From Heptranchias perlo (taxonomy: Eukaryota): a stretch of DNA of 64,000 nucleotides. Made by a program: the position numbers and the translations under genes. The notes beneath the pieces are model-generated. The model saw only the letters and a list, made by a program, of their open reading frames with translations, had not been told where the DNA came from and did no database searches. Each line of letters opens with the position of its first letter. Within the stretch, counting starts at the first letter, position 1. Shown here one piece after another: positions 11,665 to 23,062 of the stretch. Location: the NCBI RefSeq assembly GCF_035084215.1, contig NC_090356.1:24056001-24120000 (forward strand). Direction: 5' to 3'.

Positions 11665-12125
11665 GAAAGAAAGAGGAAGAACTTGCATTTATATAGCACC
11701 TTTCACGCCCTCACGACATCCAAAAGCGCTTGACAGCCAATGAAGTACTCTTGAAGTGTAGTCACTGTTGTAATGTAGGAAACCTGGCAGCTAATTTTCA
11801 CACAGCTAGGTCCCACAAGCAGCAATGAGATAAATGACCAGTTATAGTGGTGTTGGCTGAGGGATAAATATTGGCCAGGATACCAGGGAGAACTCTCCTG
11901 TTCTTCTCTCAAATAGTGGCATGGGGTCTTTTACGTCCATCTGAGAGGACAGATGGTACCTCGGTTTAACGTCTCTTCCGTAAGACAGCTCCTCCAACAG
12001 TGCAGCACTTGCTCATTACTGCACTGAGTGTCAGCCTAGATTATGTGTTCAAGTCTGTGGAGTGGGGCTTGAACTGACAACCTTCTGACTCAGAGGCGAG
12101 AGGGCTACCCACTGAGCCAAGGCTA
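11665..12125 (-). mobile_element. Deu-domain SINE (SacSINE1-like: tRNA head, Deu core, L2-type tail), near full length
   Basis: The reverse complement has GGCTCAGTGG..AGAAGGTTG..TTCAAG (A/B boxes), a Deu core GAGACGTTAAACCGAGG..GTAAAAGA and the tail GCTATATAAATGCAAGT. It aligns with 57505-57945. Confidence 0.85.
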
Positions 12126-13734
12126 CTCATGGATACGTTTGGGACATGGAGTGAGAGAACAACTGGGTTTGAGGTCTAGAAGGGGCATTTATGGGTCTGT
12201 TTGGGGTCTAGAGGCATGACGTCCTGATATTGAGCCAGGCAGATCCACTCCAAAGCCTATTTAGGGCCTGGAGGAGTGAGATTAAGTCTTTAAACAAATA
12301 ATGGGGTTTCATGGAAACTTGATGGGACCCAGAGAAAGAAACCAAATAGACGCTGAAGTGAAGTTACTGGTATGAATTTTCTTATGAACTTTACTTGATA
12401 TATTTGAATTAGTTCCTTCTGCTTCTATTTATTATAAATGAATTTGCTCAGTATCTTTCAGGCATTCTATTTAGTTTCTTTTGTCCTCTGATGCATTTTA
12501 ACTTTAATAGTTAATGAGGTCAGGGCCTGATTGGTGGTGTGTGAAGCCACAGCTTTAGCACATTACATGATTCATTCACTGTGCTTGTGGGAGGCTTGTG
12601 CCAAGACTATTAGGAAAATATTCCCACTGAAATATTTCTCAAGGAGCATTCAAGCATTTCTACACAGATACATGAAGACACAACGGTTGGAATTCCCATA
12701 CCCAGGATCATCCCGCAGGAACAATGACCAGGAGCTGGTAAAAAAAAATCTCGAGCGGTGACACTTTTGACTTCAAACACTGTAGACAGTAAATGCCTTC
12801 ATTTAGTACCCAAGGGGAATTGCAACAAATTCCCATAAACAGCATGTTAATGTACCGTAGGCAGTAAATCTGAAGCTAGTTGGAATTCTACGATTCACTG
12901 CTTCAATATGATTTTGAAACAAAACCTTATCAAGGTATATCTTAGGAATTCACACTCTCTTAAAATTAATGAATGGAAAGTCTTGGGAGTACGTCCATGG
13001 TTTCCCTCCGACTGGCAAGAGTCCACATCAGAAGTGCACATTCCTAATATTTACCCTATTGTTTGGGCTTGCTAGGTGAAAGAAAATACATGCCTTTTAT
13101 TAACAAACCATTTGGGGGTGTATTTTACATTGATATGTGCCCTACCCCCTTCCAGTGAGGTTCAGATACCACACCTCGCAGCCATGCAGTGGGGCTGCAT
13201 TGGCCCCATGCAGCAGAAATGCGCAGTGGAGCAATACAGATTCTTTTTGTGATTGCCAAGCTTTATTTTTGTTCTATTTTCACAGTCGTCCTAACCTATT
13301 TACAAAAATATATATATAAAGATATGTTTTTTAAGACGTGTGTAGGGTAGTAACTTGGATACAGGCTCAATTTATATTTGGCAAATTAATTGTGCATTAG
13401 TCAGGATTAACTGCAGTGAAAGTCTCTTACAATGAATTCTATTGTAATGAAAGTTGCTCAATAATGACATTTCAGAAAACCAAGGATAGTCAGAGTTTGA
13501 ATAATCTCCTCATACAATGACATTGTGTTTTGGCAGAGTGGATTTCATTGTAAAAGGTCCCATTGTTCACGCAAAACCTCTGGTAATAAGTTGCAGACTC
13601 CGTTTCTATTATGTCCTTGTATCAAACCACAGTCATTAAGATAAAATAGGAAAAGAGCTAAGGAAAGACGATAACAAGATCATCTAGCCTAGACAAAAAA
13701 GGCACCTGCAAGAACATTTGCTACATAAATAGAA

Positions 13735-13830
13735 AAAGAAAAAGAAAATCTGTGAATGCTGGAAATCTGAAAGAAAAACTGAAAATGCTAGAAGTACGCA
13801 ACATGTTGATTAGCATCTGAAAGAGGGGGA
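13735..13830 (-). mobile_element. Penelope-like element terminal fragment
   Basis: AATGCTGGAAATCTGAAAGAAAAACTGAAAATGCT..AGCATCTG resembles the Penelope-type end at 57010-57120. Confidence 0.5.
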
Positions 13831-13942
13831 AGGCACAACTCAGTAATTTGTGGGGCCATTGCAGCCCGAAGGTCCACTGTTGAAGAGTCGTGGCGTAAAT
13901 TGCATTCAGTTTCATGGCACAGTGAAGAAGTGCTCGGTCTCT

Positions 13943-14170
13943 GGGAGGATGTGAGATAAGATGTAGGGTTGGAGGAGGTTGGGAGGATGTGAGATAAGAT
14001 GTAGGGTTGGAGGAGGTTGGGAGGATGCCAGATAAGATGTTGGGTTGGAGGAGGTTGGGAGAATGTGAGATAAGATGTAGGGTGGAGGAGGTTGAGAGAG
14101 TGCAAGATAAGATGTAGGGTTGGGGAAGGTTGGGAGGACACAAGATAAGATTTAGGGTTGGTGAAGGTTG
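13943..14170. repeat. 38-bp minisatellite, about 6 copies, probably L2-derived
   Basis: Unit GGGAGGATGTGAGATAAGATGTAGGGTTGGAGGAGGTT starts at 13943, 13981, 14019, 14057 and onward, decaying to the right. The adjoining sequence resembles minus-strand L2. Confidence 0.9.
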
Positions 14171-17100
14171 CAGCGGGTTGGTGGAGTGTGGCCGTGGAAT
14201 GGTTTTCAAATGAGGAGTTTGAAATCAATGCATGAAGTCACCGGAGGTGGTTGAGGATTTGCAGTGCTATGACCGTTAACGGTCTGTCCACGTTTGTTTC
14301 TAAAATGCCCAGCAAAGCTTTTTTCCATGCATAAGTGCGTGATATGATGAAGTAAATTATCTCACGGTCCTGTTATGTACATGTGCTATCAGTGTGGTAA
14401 GAGTAATGCCTCCTTCTTCTGATAAAGATTTGCCCAGCACTTTCTGATGAAGACATTGCCACTTTAATATATCGATATTTAATACCACAGTTTGTGACCA
14501 CAAAACATGGGGCCCGGTTAAAATTCAAAGCGATAGATTTAAATGTTCATAATCCATATTAAGTACCCATCCCACATACCCATCAAAATTTACAGTGTGA
14601 TTGGCAGAGATACATTCTGGAGGGGTGGGAGGTGCGTCCCACACACCAGTTCTCTGCACATTGCTAATTTTAATCAGTTTGATTTGCAATGAATAAAACC
14701 TATAAAAATGCACAGTCTTTGTACTTCATTCTTTAATAATAAAAAGGGTACGATGTAATGAACAGGGAGTCTTCATTGTTTCCATTGCATGAGTTTAGAT
14801 TAATATCTGCTCATTCATTCTCCAGTACCTGTAGCTGCATAGCAGGGGAAAATATCAATGCTGTCCATTCAATAATCTAGAGTTGCCTCTCAATAGAATG
14901 CTAAGCAAAGCCAGTGACATTTCCCTAAAGGGATGGAATTGGAGACTGTGTTCATCTTGTCTGTGGCAGGCACACATCCGGTTGTCTAGGTGTTGAGCAG
15001 CATTGGAGTCAGTGTTTTGCAGCCCATGCACCGGGCATCTCAGTGCTGGATGCTAAGGAGAGTCTTTTGATGCAGGAACTGAATGTTGGTTTCCTCTGGG
15101 CCAATTCAAATTCTTGCTCTTTCCGGATATATATTTTGTTTAAGAATGGACGGATATACTTAAAATGGCTTAGAAACTTTTTTCTACATGAAAGAAAAAA
15201 AAAGAAAGCGACCTGTATTCATATAATGCCTTGTCACATACCAACACTTTCTACCCTGTAAATTACTTTGAAGTGCAGTAAAGCACAGGCACCCATTTTC
15301 CACACAGCAAGGTAACAAAAACAGCAATGAGATGGTTTTTGGTGGTGTTGGTTGAAGGAGGAATGTTGGCCAGAACAACAGGAGAGCTCCTTGCTCTTAG
15401 TGTCCTGGGATCTTTAACATCCACCCAAATTACCAGAACAGGCAGACATTGTTTAATCTCTCATCCTAAGGAGACACTTCCAACAATGCAGCATTTCCTC
15501 AATATTCAGCGTAGACAAAATGCTTCACTTAGCCCAGGTGGCAGGCAGGTATCAAAAATACAAATTAATATAGTGTGGTGCAACTGAGCTATGATTCATA
15601 CTGTCAAGTAATTTTTTAACTTTTTTAATTATTTTTTTGAATGTTAATACATGTTAGGGAGTAAAGCTCTCCTTGTTGATAATTTTAGCAAAAATAAATT
15701 ACTCATGTAGACTTTTCATCAAAATTATTAACAGAGGGATTTTTCCCCTTGCATATCGGGGATTTATCAAATGTTGGGGAAGATTATTTGCCACAGTCGG
15801 GAGAGTCACCGTGCTTGTTCAGTTCATGGAGCACCCTGGTAGGAAGGTTTCTGCATTTGCTGCAGGACAAATTATTTTGATAACGTTGTCACGTTAAACA
15901 TTCAAAAATATAATAGCACCAAACATGATCTGTGAGGAGTTACTGTCATCAATTGGTAAAGTGATACAGTTGACCATATGTTTGAGCCCCAACCAACAAT
16001 AACATCGTGTGGAAGGATGGGCTCCACATCCAGAATCCTCCACCCACCGAGTTCCCAATCTTGAACATGCCACTGTAGGGAGGACCATTTGGAAGCCACG
16101 CACTTTCCACATGGAGGCTGGTCCAAACCAGGGAGTCATCCTGGGCCACTGCTGTGTGCTTCCATGCCACTCTGCTTCGGAACAGCATTGGTGAAGCTTG
16201 AATGCACGTTGCCTATCTGCCCGCACTCTTGGGTAGGAAGAGTGCAAGTTGTCAGAGGAGGAGGAAGAAACACCAAAAGGAAGGAGAGAAAATACAGAAA
16301 GAGGAAGCCTCACCCGTAGCAGAATAAATAATTTGCATGCAAGCCATTTGACTAAGACATCACAAATTGTAAAACTCTTTGCCGGCTGCTTAGATTCTGA
16401 TTGTACACACACATATAAATCAGTTCACAGAATCACAAGACGATCTCCAGAGGTGGTGATCGTTTAAGCTGTCCTGCTGCATACAGTGAAGTTGACAAGT
16501 ATGCTGTCAATTCCTTTGAAGCAAAACACAGGCAATTTGGCTTTGAAATTACAGTCTTTGCTGTGTTAATTGTGAACGACATGTCTCTCGTCTGTATCCA
16601 CAGCCCTGTTTAAAAGAGCTCAAGGAATCTTTTGTTAGCCCTTTGTTGTATAGGAATTTTGTTTTGTTTTAATTTCGCTGTACCGTGTTAGGACTGAAGT
16701 TCCACAGCAGCCACCGAACTTCAGGCATCACCTATCAGAGAAGATGCAGAGTTGTATTCTACTTATTTTCCTTTTCTTGGTGAATTTTGTGCTCGTCGAG
16801 GTGAGGGATTAAAACGTTTTCCAGTTGGGCATCGTAGGGGGAAGATTTCCTCTGGTCACTACGTGTTAGTGATATCATAAACATACCAGGAAGATCTCTT
16901 ATCTTTGCTATCTCTTATGACATCTTAAACTGTCTCTCCTCCAATTTGTGTCAACATCAACCACTCCCAAATCAGCAACAGCAGAATAATGCTCCTGCTG
17001 CACAGGATTAACAGATCATAAATGATCTATGTAATCTCTTGGATCGGTTTTGATTGCCTGAGGGGGTCGGAGAGAAATTTTCCAGGGTATTTTTTTCCCT

Positions 17101-17693
17101 TATTGGCCTGAGGTTTTTCTCCGTTTTTTGCCTCTCCCAGGGGATGGCTGCTGGGAGGTAGGAGGTAGGAGGGCCGATTTTCGGATGGCGGAGCGGGTGC
17201 ATTGGGAGCAGGGGGCCTCCTAAAATTGTAGAAATCCAGAGCGGCTCCAACCCGCTGACTTCCAGGTTCCCCAGTGACGCGACCGGGTGTGCGCGGGCCT
17301 CCCGAATGCGGGAGTCCCACCTGCAATTAAAGCCGGCGGGATGATAATTTCCATAGTTTGACAGATAGTTAAAGTACTTGAAATACTTGATTGAGTAGAC
17401 ATTTTGGCAGGGGTGCAATTTTGAAGGATCCTCGGCGTGTTTCCCGTGCTATGGGAAACACTCCCTGTTGCAACAGACGTGTTTCAGCCAGCAGCCAATA
17501 GGAGATGCAAATGGTTATTTGACAGGTGGGGAGAAATCATCATTTATTGCAGCAGGGCACTCTGTCACTTCAGAGAAAATTTTAGCTGCAAGACCTTTGT
17601 GTTTCCACTCAAAATTCTTACTTTCCACCCAAAACTCTGCTGTGTAAATAAAGTTATCTACTTTGCGGACCCCCTCAAGCTCACGCCGTCAGG

Positions 17694-18576
17694 ATGGGGG
17701 GCGCCATGGCTGCATTCACCACTTCATCCGAGGACGAGGAACATCACCAGCCTTGCCAGGCATGGCGTCCACCTCTGCCATGTGGAGCTCCACAGCACAG
17801 TGCTGCGCCACAGGCACCTGCACAAGGTCTCTCAGTCATCTGCACACAAGTGCATAAGGCAGGTCACCGACAGCTTGTTTCGCAGCGCCTCGTACTATGT
17901 CAACTTCCCCATGAACGACCTCAGCCAGACGGAGAGGGCAGTGGAATTCCACTGGGTGCAGGGTGTAATTGTTTGCACCCATATAGCAATACGAGCACCT
18001 CCACATGAGCCAGGACTGTTCATCAACAGGAAGGGCTATCACTCCATCAACACTCAGCTCGTTTGTGACCACTGCAAGTGATTCCTTCACGTGTGCGCCA
18101 GATACCCTGAAAGCTGCCACGATTCCTTCATCCTCCGGGAGTCCAACATCCTGCCCCTCTTCCACGCACCGAATACCCGCAAGGGCTGGCTCCTCGGGGA
18201 CAAGGGATACCCCCTGCACACGTGGCTCGTGACACCTCTGAGGAACCCCACCACCGAGCTACGGCGTCGATATAATGATGGCCACATCGCTACCAGGTCT
18301 ATAATTGAGCGTGCTATAGGGCTGCTCAAGATGCGCTTCAGGTGCCTTGATCGTTCTGGGGGAGCGCTTCAATATGCACCAGACAGAGTGGGACGCATTA
18401 TATTCGTGTGTTGTGCCCTGCACAACATGGCACAACAGAGAGGGGTGCTGCTTGAGGAGGCCCCATCCACATCTGCCACCCACGAGGAGGAGGAGGAGCA
18501 ACCCAGGGGCAGAGCAATGGCTCACCTGGTTGCTCGTGAGGCCAGGGAGTCACTGATATGTGAACGGTTCTCCTAA
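17694..18576 (+). pseudogene. Harbinger DDE transposase (HARBI1-like, DDE_Tnp_4), disrupted
   Basis: VQGVIVCTHIAI (catalytic IDCTH changed to IVCTH), NRKGYHSINTQLVCD, HDSFIL, WLLGDKGYP, IERAIGLLKMRFRCLDRSGGALQY, CCALHN. In-frame TGA at 18079-18081 and a ~290-bp N-terminal deletion. Confidence 0.93.
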
Positions 18577-18893
18577 CATCAAACAGTGTGAAGAGTCCAG
18601 TCCTCACCACCTGGATAGAGCAGCGGCCACACCAGTGCCCCCCCACCCCTCCTTGCACAAATCAGGCCTGCAACTACACATACGCCCACTCCAGAGTGAC
18701 CCAATGGATGGCATCAAGTGTGGGCCTTCATGGTGAACCTCATGAAAGGGCCTTATTACAGAAGCCAGTCAAGAATGACCAAGACGTGGCAGTTGTGGTG
18801 ACAACAATAATATTTAATGTGCGATTAACAAAAAGCAAATTTAAATAAAAAAACATGGCCAACCGTCAACACCCTTGTGCATCCCCTTTGTAC

Positions 18894-20753
18894 TTACAAA
18901 ACCTTCGCCTTTCGCTTCTGACTACTTCTACATGGTGCATCCCCTGTGGCTGCAGCAGAGGTTGTGGCACGTTGCTCTTGTTCATGCCCTGACCGATTTA
19001 GATGCTTTGGGCCACGCCCTCTGGGTTTTGGTGCCCAAGATGGCCCCTCCAAAGACTGCTTCACCTGCACCTGTGCAGGGGCAGTATCGGCCACCTACAG
19101 AGGAGGCAGCATTGCGGGTACTGGTTGAGAGGGGGGCAACGGGTGAGACGTGGGGGCACTTTGAGTGGCGTCCCCACTCATGTTCCCTTTCGCCATCATC
19201 CCTCCCCTGGGCCAGGCCCACACCACTCCTACCACTCTGCTGGACGACAGTTTGGAGGACATGTGTGAAGCCTATCTGCCTGCCTGTTTAAGGCGGCAGA
19301 ATGTTGTTCACCGTGAGTCCGAACGGCCGTTGTCAAGATCTGAATGGACTAATTTGTGAGTCATGCTTGAAGCTCCATGGAGGATAGCCTTCCCTCCATC
19401 GCAGAGATTCCCGCACTTACCCGCGACACTATCTCAGAGATGTCCTCACGTCCCTGTGACAGTATCTCAGAGATTCCCTCCCGTACCTGTGCCACCATTC
19501 CACTCATGCAGGAGTTGGACTCCTCCGTCCTCTGCGCGATTGTGGAGAGTGTGCGTGGCACCTGTTCCAGCACCTCGCAAATGTGCTGCTGCCCCTCAAT
19601 CATTCTCCTTTTAAAGGATGGCCCCCAGGGTTCAGCATTTTTGTCCAGCTGAGCAGAGCCTAGAGAGAAGTGCTCCCACCGATGCGGACTCTCCGCAGCT
19701 GCCCCTACCACCAGTGTCTGCACGTGTTCACGTTTGTGGTAACTCACCATGTGCGACCGCAACTAACTGAGGACTGGGACCCACCAAAGTGTGTGTATCT
19801 GCGCTGATGGATGTCTCGCTCAGATGTGACGATGCCCCCTCAGAGGCCGGCAGATCCTCAGAGGAATCGCCCTCCGGCGTCACTGCGGTCGCTGAAGGCC
19901 CTGTAAGAGAACAGAAGGCAATATTAAGCATGAGGACAGATGTTGAGGTGCTGAAGGTGGCAAGACATGTTAACATCAATTCATATTGTGTGTGCTGAAT
20001 GGTAAAGTTCTGTCACCAGATGTTTGTCGGGTGCCAGTCTCAGCGTCCCCGACGGACAGGCACTCGAGGGTGTGGTTCAGCTCCAAAGCCTCCTGCTTAG
20101 TGTCTGTGAGGATGACTATCTGTTGTGGAACCCCTCCGGTCCTCGCCCTCTCCTGTGCATTCTGGGCTCTCTTCTCCTATAAGGGGAGAAAGTGCAGACG
20201 CGTGAGTTGGTGATGGTGACGTGGCCAACCGATGAATGCATTGGTTTGGGTGCGGTTGACAGTGAAAGAGATGCCTCAGAGGGTGAGTATGAGACAGAGC
20301 CATGACATTGTATGAGGATTGGGTTGAGTGGTAGTGGTGAGGTAAGTAATGGGGAGGTGAGGAAGTGCAGGTAAATTGAGGATGAGCTTTGAGTGGATGT
20401 GAGGAGTGATGTGATAGAGTAGTGTTGACAGTGCAGAATGAGTTGGGGGCGGGGGGTGGGGTTGGGTGCGCTGATGTGGAAGACGGAATGCAGGAGAATG
20501 AGTAAGTGTACACACTTTGCAGACCTGGTTAGGTCACTGAAGCGCTTCCTGCACTGGATCCAGGTGCGGGAGATGTTGCTGCTGCTGGTGACCTCCTCTG
20601 CCACCTCGAGCCAGTCCTTCTTCGTGGCAGAGGCAGGCCACTTCCTCCAGTCCGCCAGGTAGAAACGTCCCTCCTCCTCCTCACCCCATCCAGTAGCATC
20701 TGGAGTGAGGCATCACTAAATCTAGGAGCAGCCTTTCCCCTGGGTTACTCCAT
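18894..20753 (-). pseudogene. Harbinger Myb/SANT-like gene, three exons (20753-20516, 20176-20017, 19900-18894), disrupted
   Basis: ME*PRGKAAPRFSDASLQMLLDGVRRRRDV..WLEVAEEVTS..RTWIQCRKRFSDLTRSAK | EKRAQNAQERARTGG.. | GPSATAV..KRKAKVL*. GT-AG sites are visible (ccccttatag, ctcttacag). There is a stop at codon 3 and several frameshifts. Confidence 0.85.
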
Positions 20754-21329
20754 TGTGCTGTTTGGGTTTTTGCTCCAGAAGCAGCCATCGGAGGACTGCC
20801 CTTTTATAGAGGGCTTCTCCAGCTGACAGCCTGTGATGCGAGTGCGCAGTCTGCCCGCTGCACAGGTTTCCGATGGCAAACCCAGAAGCCACGTTAAGTG
20901 GCTCCAAATTTACCCGCGATCACGTGAGGAATGGACAGATTTTATTGGGCGGGTTACCCACGCGCCCAATCGCACCCCCCCAGCCGCCATCCCGCCTCCA
21001 CACTAATATCGGGGTCCATGAATGTAGGGCAGGTTTAATGGACCAGCTGGTCTTTTCCTGCCGGTCATTTTCGTACGTTCACTGCCCCACAATGGTTCTC
21101 AACCTCAGAAGACCACCCCCTGCTGCACCACTGTGACAATTTTTCCATTTCTAACACCAGCCATCTTGTGATCTCTCTGAGTGAGATTGACATTTTATTG
21201 CCAGATTTGGGACAGTTTTCTGCTGTGAGAACTGAGCTGAGACTGCAGAAACACATTTATCATCTGTACGAGGCCTATGTCAAAGGAAACCAGCCTGGGT
21301 CCCACAATAACGAATCTTTATCAATAAGT

Positions 21330-21790
21330 TAACTTCAGCTCATCCAAACTCTGCTGCCCATAACCCGCAACAGGCCCACGCGCCCATCACCCCGTCCTCG
21401 CTGACCTACATTGGCTCCAAGTCTTCCAACGGCTCATATTTTAAATTCTCATCGTTGTGTTTAAATCTTTTGGTGGCCTCGCCCCTCCCTATCTCTGTAA
21501 CCTCCTCCAGCCCTACGACCCTCTGAGATCTCTGCACTCCTCTAACTCCAGCCTCTTGCGCATCCCCCCCATCCTTCACCCCAACATTGGCAGCCATGCC
21601 TTCTGTTGTCTAGGCCTTCCCTCTGTTCTTTTGAGACCCTCCTTAAAACGAACCTGTTTGACCAAGGTTTTGGTCATCCCTCCTAATATCTCTTTTTTTC
21701 GCTCAACATCCATTTTTTCCCCTTGCGCCTCAGTGAAGCACCTTGGGGTGTTTTTGTATGTTAATGATGCTATATAAATACGAGTTGTGG
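21330..21790 (+). mobile_element. L2 LINE 3' end
   Basis: CAGCTCATCCAAACTCTGCTGCC..CATCACCCC..GCTGACCTACATTGGCTCC..GTGAAGCACCTTGGG..GCTATATAAATACGAGTTG. Confidence 0.82.
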
Positions 21791-22379
21791 CAATGTACTA
21801 TTATATGCACTAGAGTCTGAAATGAAAACAATTGACAGTAGAAGGTAGAATGGAGATTACATTGAGAGCTGGTTTGAAATGTTATCACTGCAGAAAATAC
21901 ATGATTCGCAGGAATTAGAGGGCTGAAATGAAGCAGCAGAGAAAGCTGTTTGTCAGCCTGATTCGAGCGCATTTTGAGTGAGGTTTCACAAACTCATCCC
22001 AGAATAAGACATCATCACAGTGATATCACCAAATTAAATGGTAGCATCAGGAACCTAATCTTGAAATTAAGAAAAAAATATTTTGATGAGGTAACTACCT
22101 CTAATTGTTTTTATTAAAGACACCAATGGGGTGAAATTGTAGCATATGAACACATTAACAGGTTCATATCGATTTTCTCTGCCCATGTTTAACAAATTTG
22201 TTAGTCCATTTATTGTAAACAGTATCTTCCTTAGTTAAAATACTGGACAGAAAAAGTTCATATCAGTCCATTAATGTTACTATTGTACAGCGAGGATTTG
22301 CCCCTCAAGACCATCGATATAGGACCAAGATTGTGGGAAGCTTCCTCTTTCCTAAAATTTCCTTACTGTTTAGGAGCCT

Positions 22380-22770
22380 TCTCGTCTCTGAGTCAGAAGA
22401 TCATGGTTTTAAGCCCCACTCCAGAGCTTTGAGCACATAATCTAGGCTGACACTTCAGTGCAGTACTGAGTGAGCGTTTTATTCTTAGAGGTGCCGTATT
22501 ACAGATGAGACATTAACCCATTAGCCTGTTTAGGTTGTAAAAGATCCCATGGCACTATTTGAAGATGAACAGAGGAGGCTCCTGGCCAACATTCATCAGT
22601 CAATCAGCACCACCAAAAACCCATTATTTGGCTATTTATCTCATTTGCTGTTCAATGGACTTTGCTGTGCACAAATTGGCTGCCTTGACTACTTACAAAA
22701 CAACAGTGACGACAATGCAGAAGTGATTCACTGGCTGTGAAAGGCACTATATAAATGCAAGTTCATTCTT
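22380..22770 (+). mobile_element. Deu-domain SINE (SacSINE1-like)
   Basis: CTCTGAGTCAGAAG..AAGCCCCACTCCAGAG..GATGAGACATTAA..AAAAGATCCCATGGCACTATTTGAAG..CTATATAAATGCAAGT. Confidence 0.8.
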
Positions 22771-22895
22771 TCATTTTTCCTTTCTCTGTGTATGTTTTCG
22801 CCGACTTTCTCCAAGTTACAGACTTTGGCACATTTGTGAGATCTGATATTGAGCATTTGGATGATGACGTGTGCATGTCCATTATGTTTTGCCAG

Positions 22896-23062
22896 GTGTT
22901 ATCTGCTTGATGGTTGCCATCATGTACTGGTTTGGCTGGGAGATGGGAGCAGTGGAAGCCATCTCCCTGTCCATCCTGGTGGGCTCCTCCGTGGATTACT
23001 GTGTCCATCTCGTCGAGGGTTACCTGCTGGCGGGAGAAAACCTTCCGATAGCCGAGACCGAC
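22896..23062 (+). CDS. DISP3: DISP3 penultimate coding exon
   Basis: Acceptor ttttgccag, donor gtaagt. Encodes (G)VICLMVAIMYWFGWEMGAVEAISLSILVGSSVDYCVHLVEGYLLAGENLPIAETD, including the RND-family GxxxD motif GSSVDY. 167 nt, phase 1 to 0. Confidence 0.97.

Larger units (their letters stand above)
17170..21016. mobile_element. PIF/Harbinger DNA transposon copy 2, near full length, inactive, inside a DISP3 intron
   Basis: Ends AGGGCCGATTTT.. and ..AATATCGGGGTC match the copy 1 termini. Convergent transposase (+) and 3-exon Myb/SANT gene (-). Flanks (about 17010-17168 and 21017-21080) look like a CR1-type 3' UTR. No clean TSD is visible. Confidence 0.88.

Noticed and set aside
13943-14170. CRISPR-like array
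   Set aside because: The units are contiguous with no unique spacers, and the context is vertebrate. It is a minisatellite, and the overlapping 146-162 aa ORFs are repeat artefacts.
15894-16412. 172-aa ORF or possible RTE-tailed SINE
   Set aside because: No protein motif. The sequence looks repeat-like, but I cannot assign it or find a second copy.
17694-20753. Domesticated HARBI1/NAIF1-like host gene pair nested in DISP3
   Set aside because: The catalytic Asp is changed to Val, and there are in-frame stops, frameshifts and deletions. TIRs are retained and a second copy is nearby. This fits a decaying transposon, not a constrained gene.
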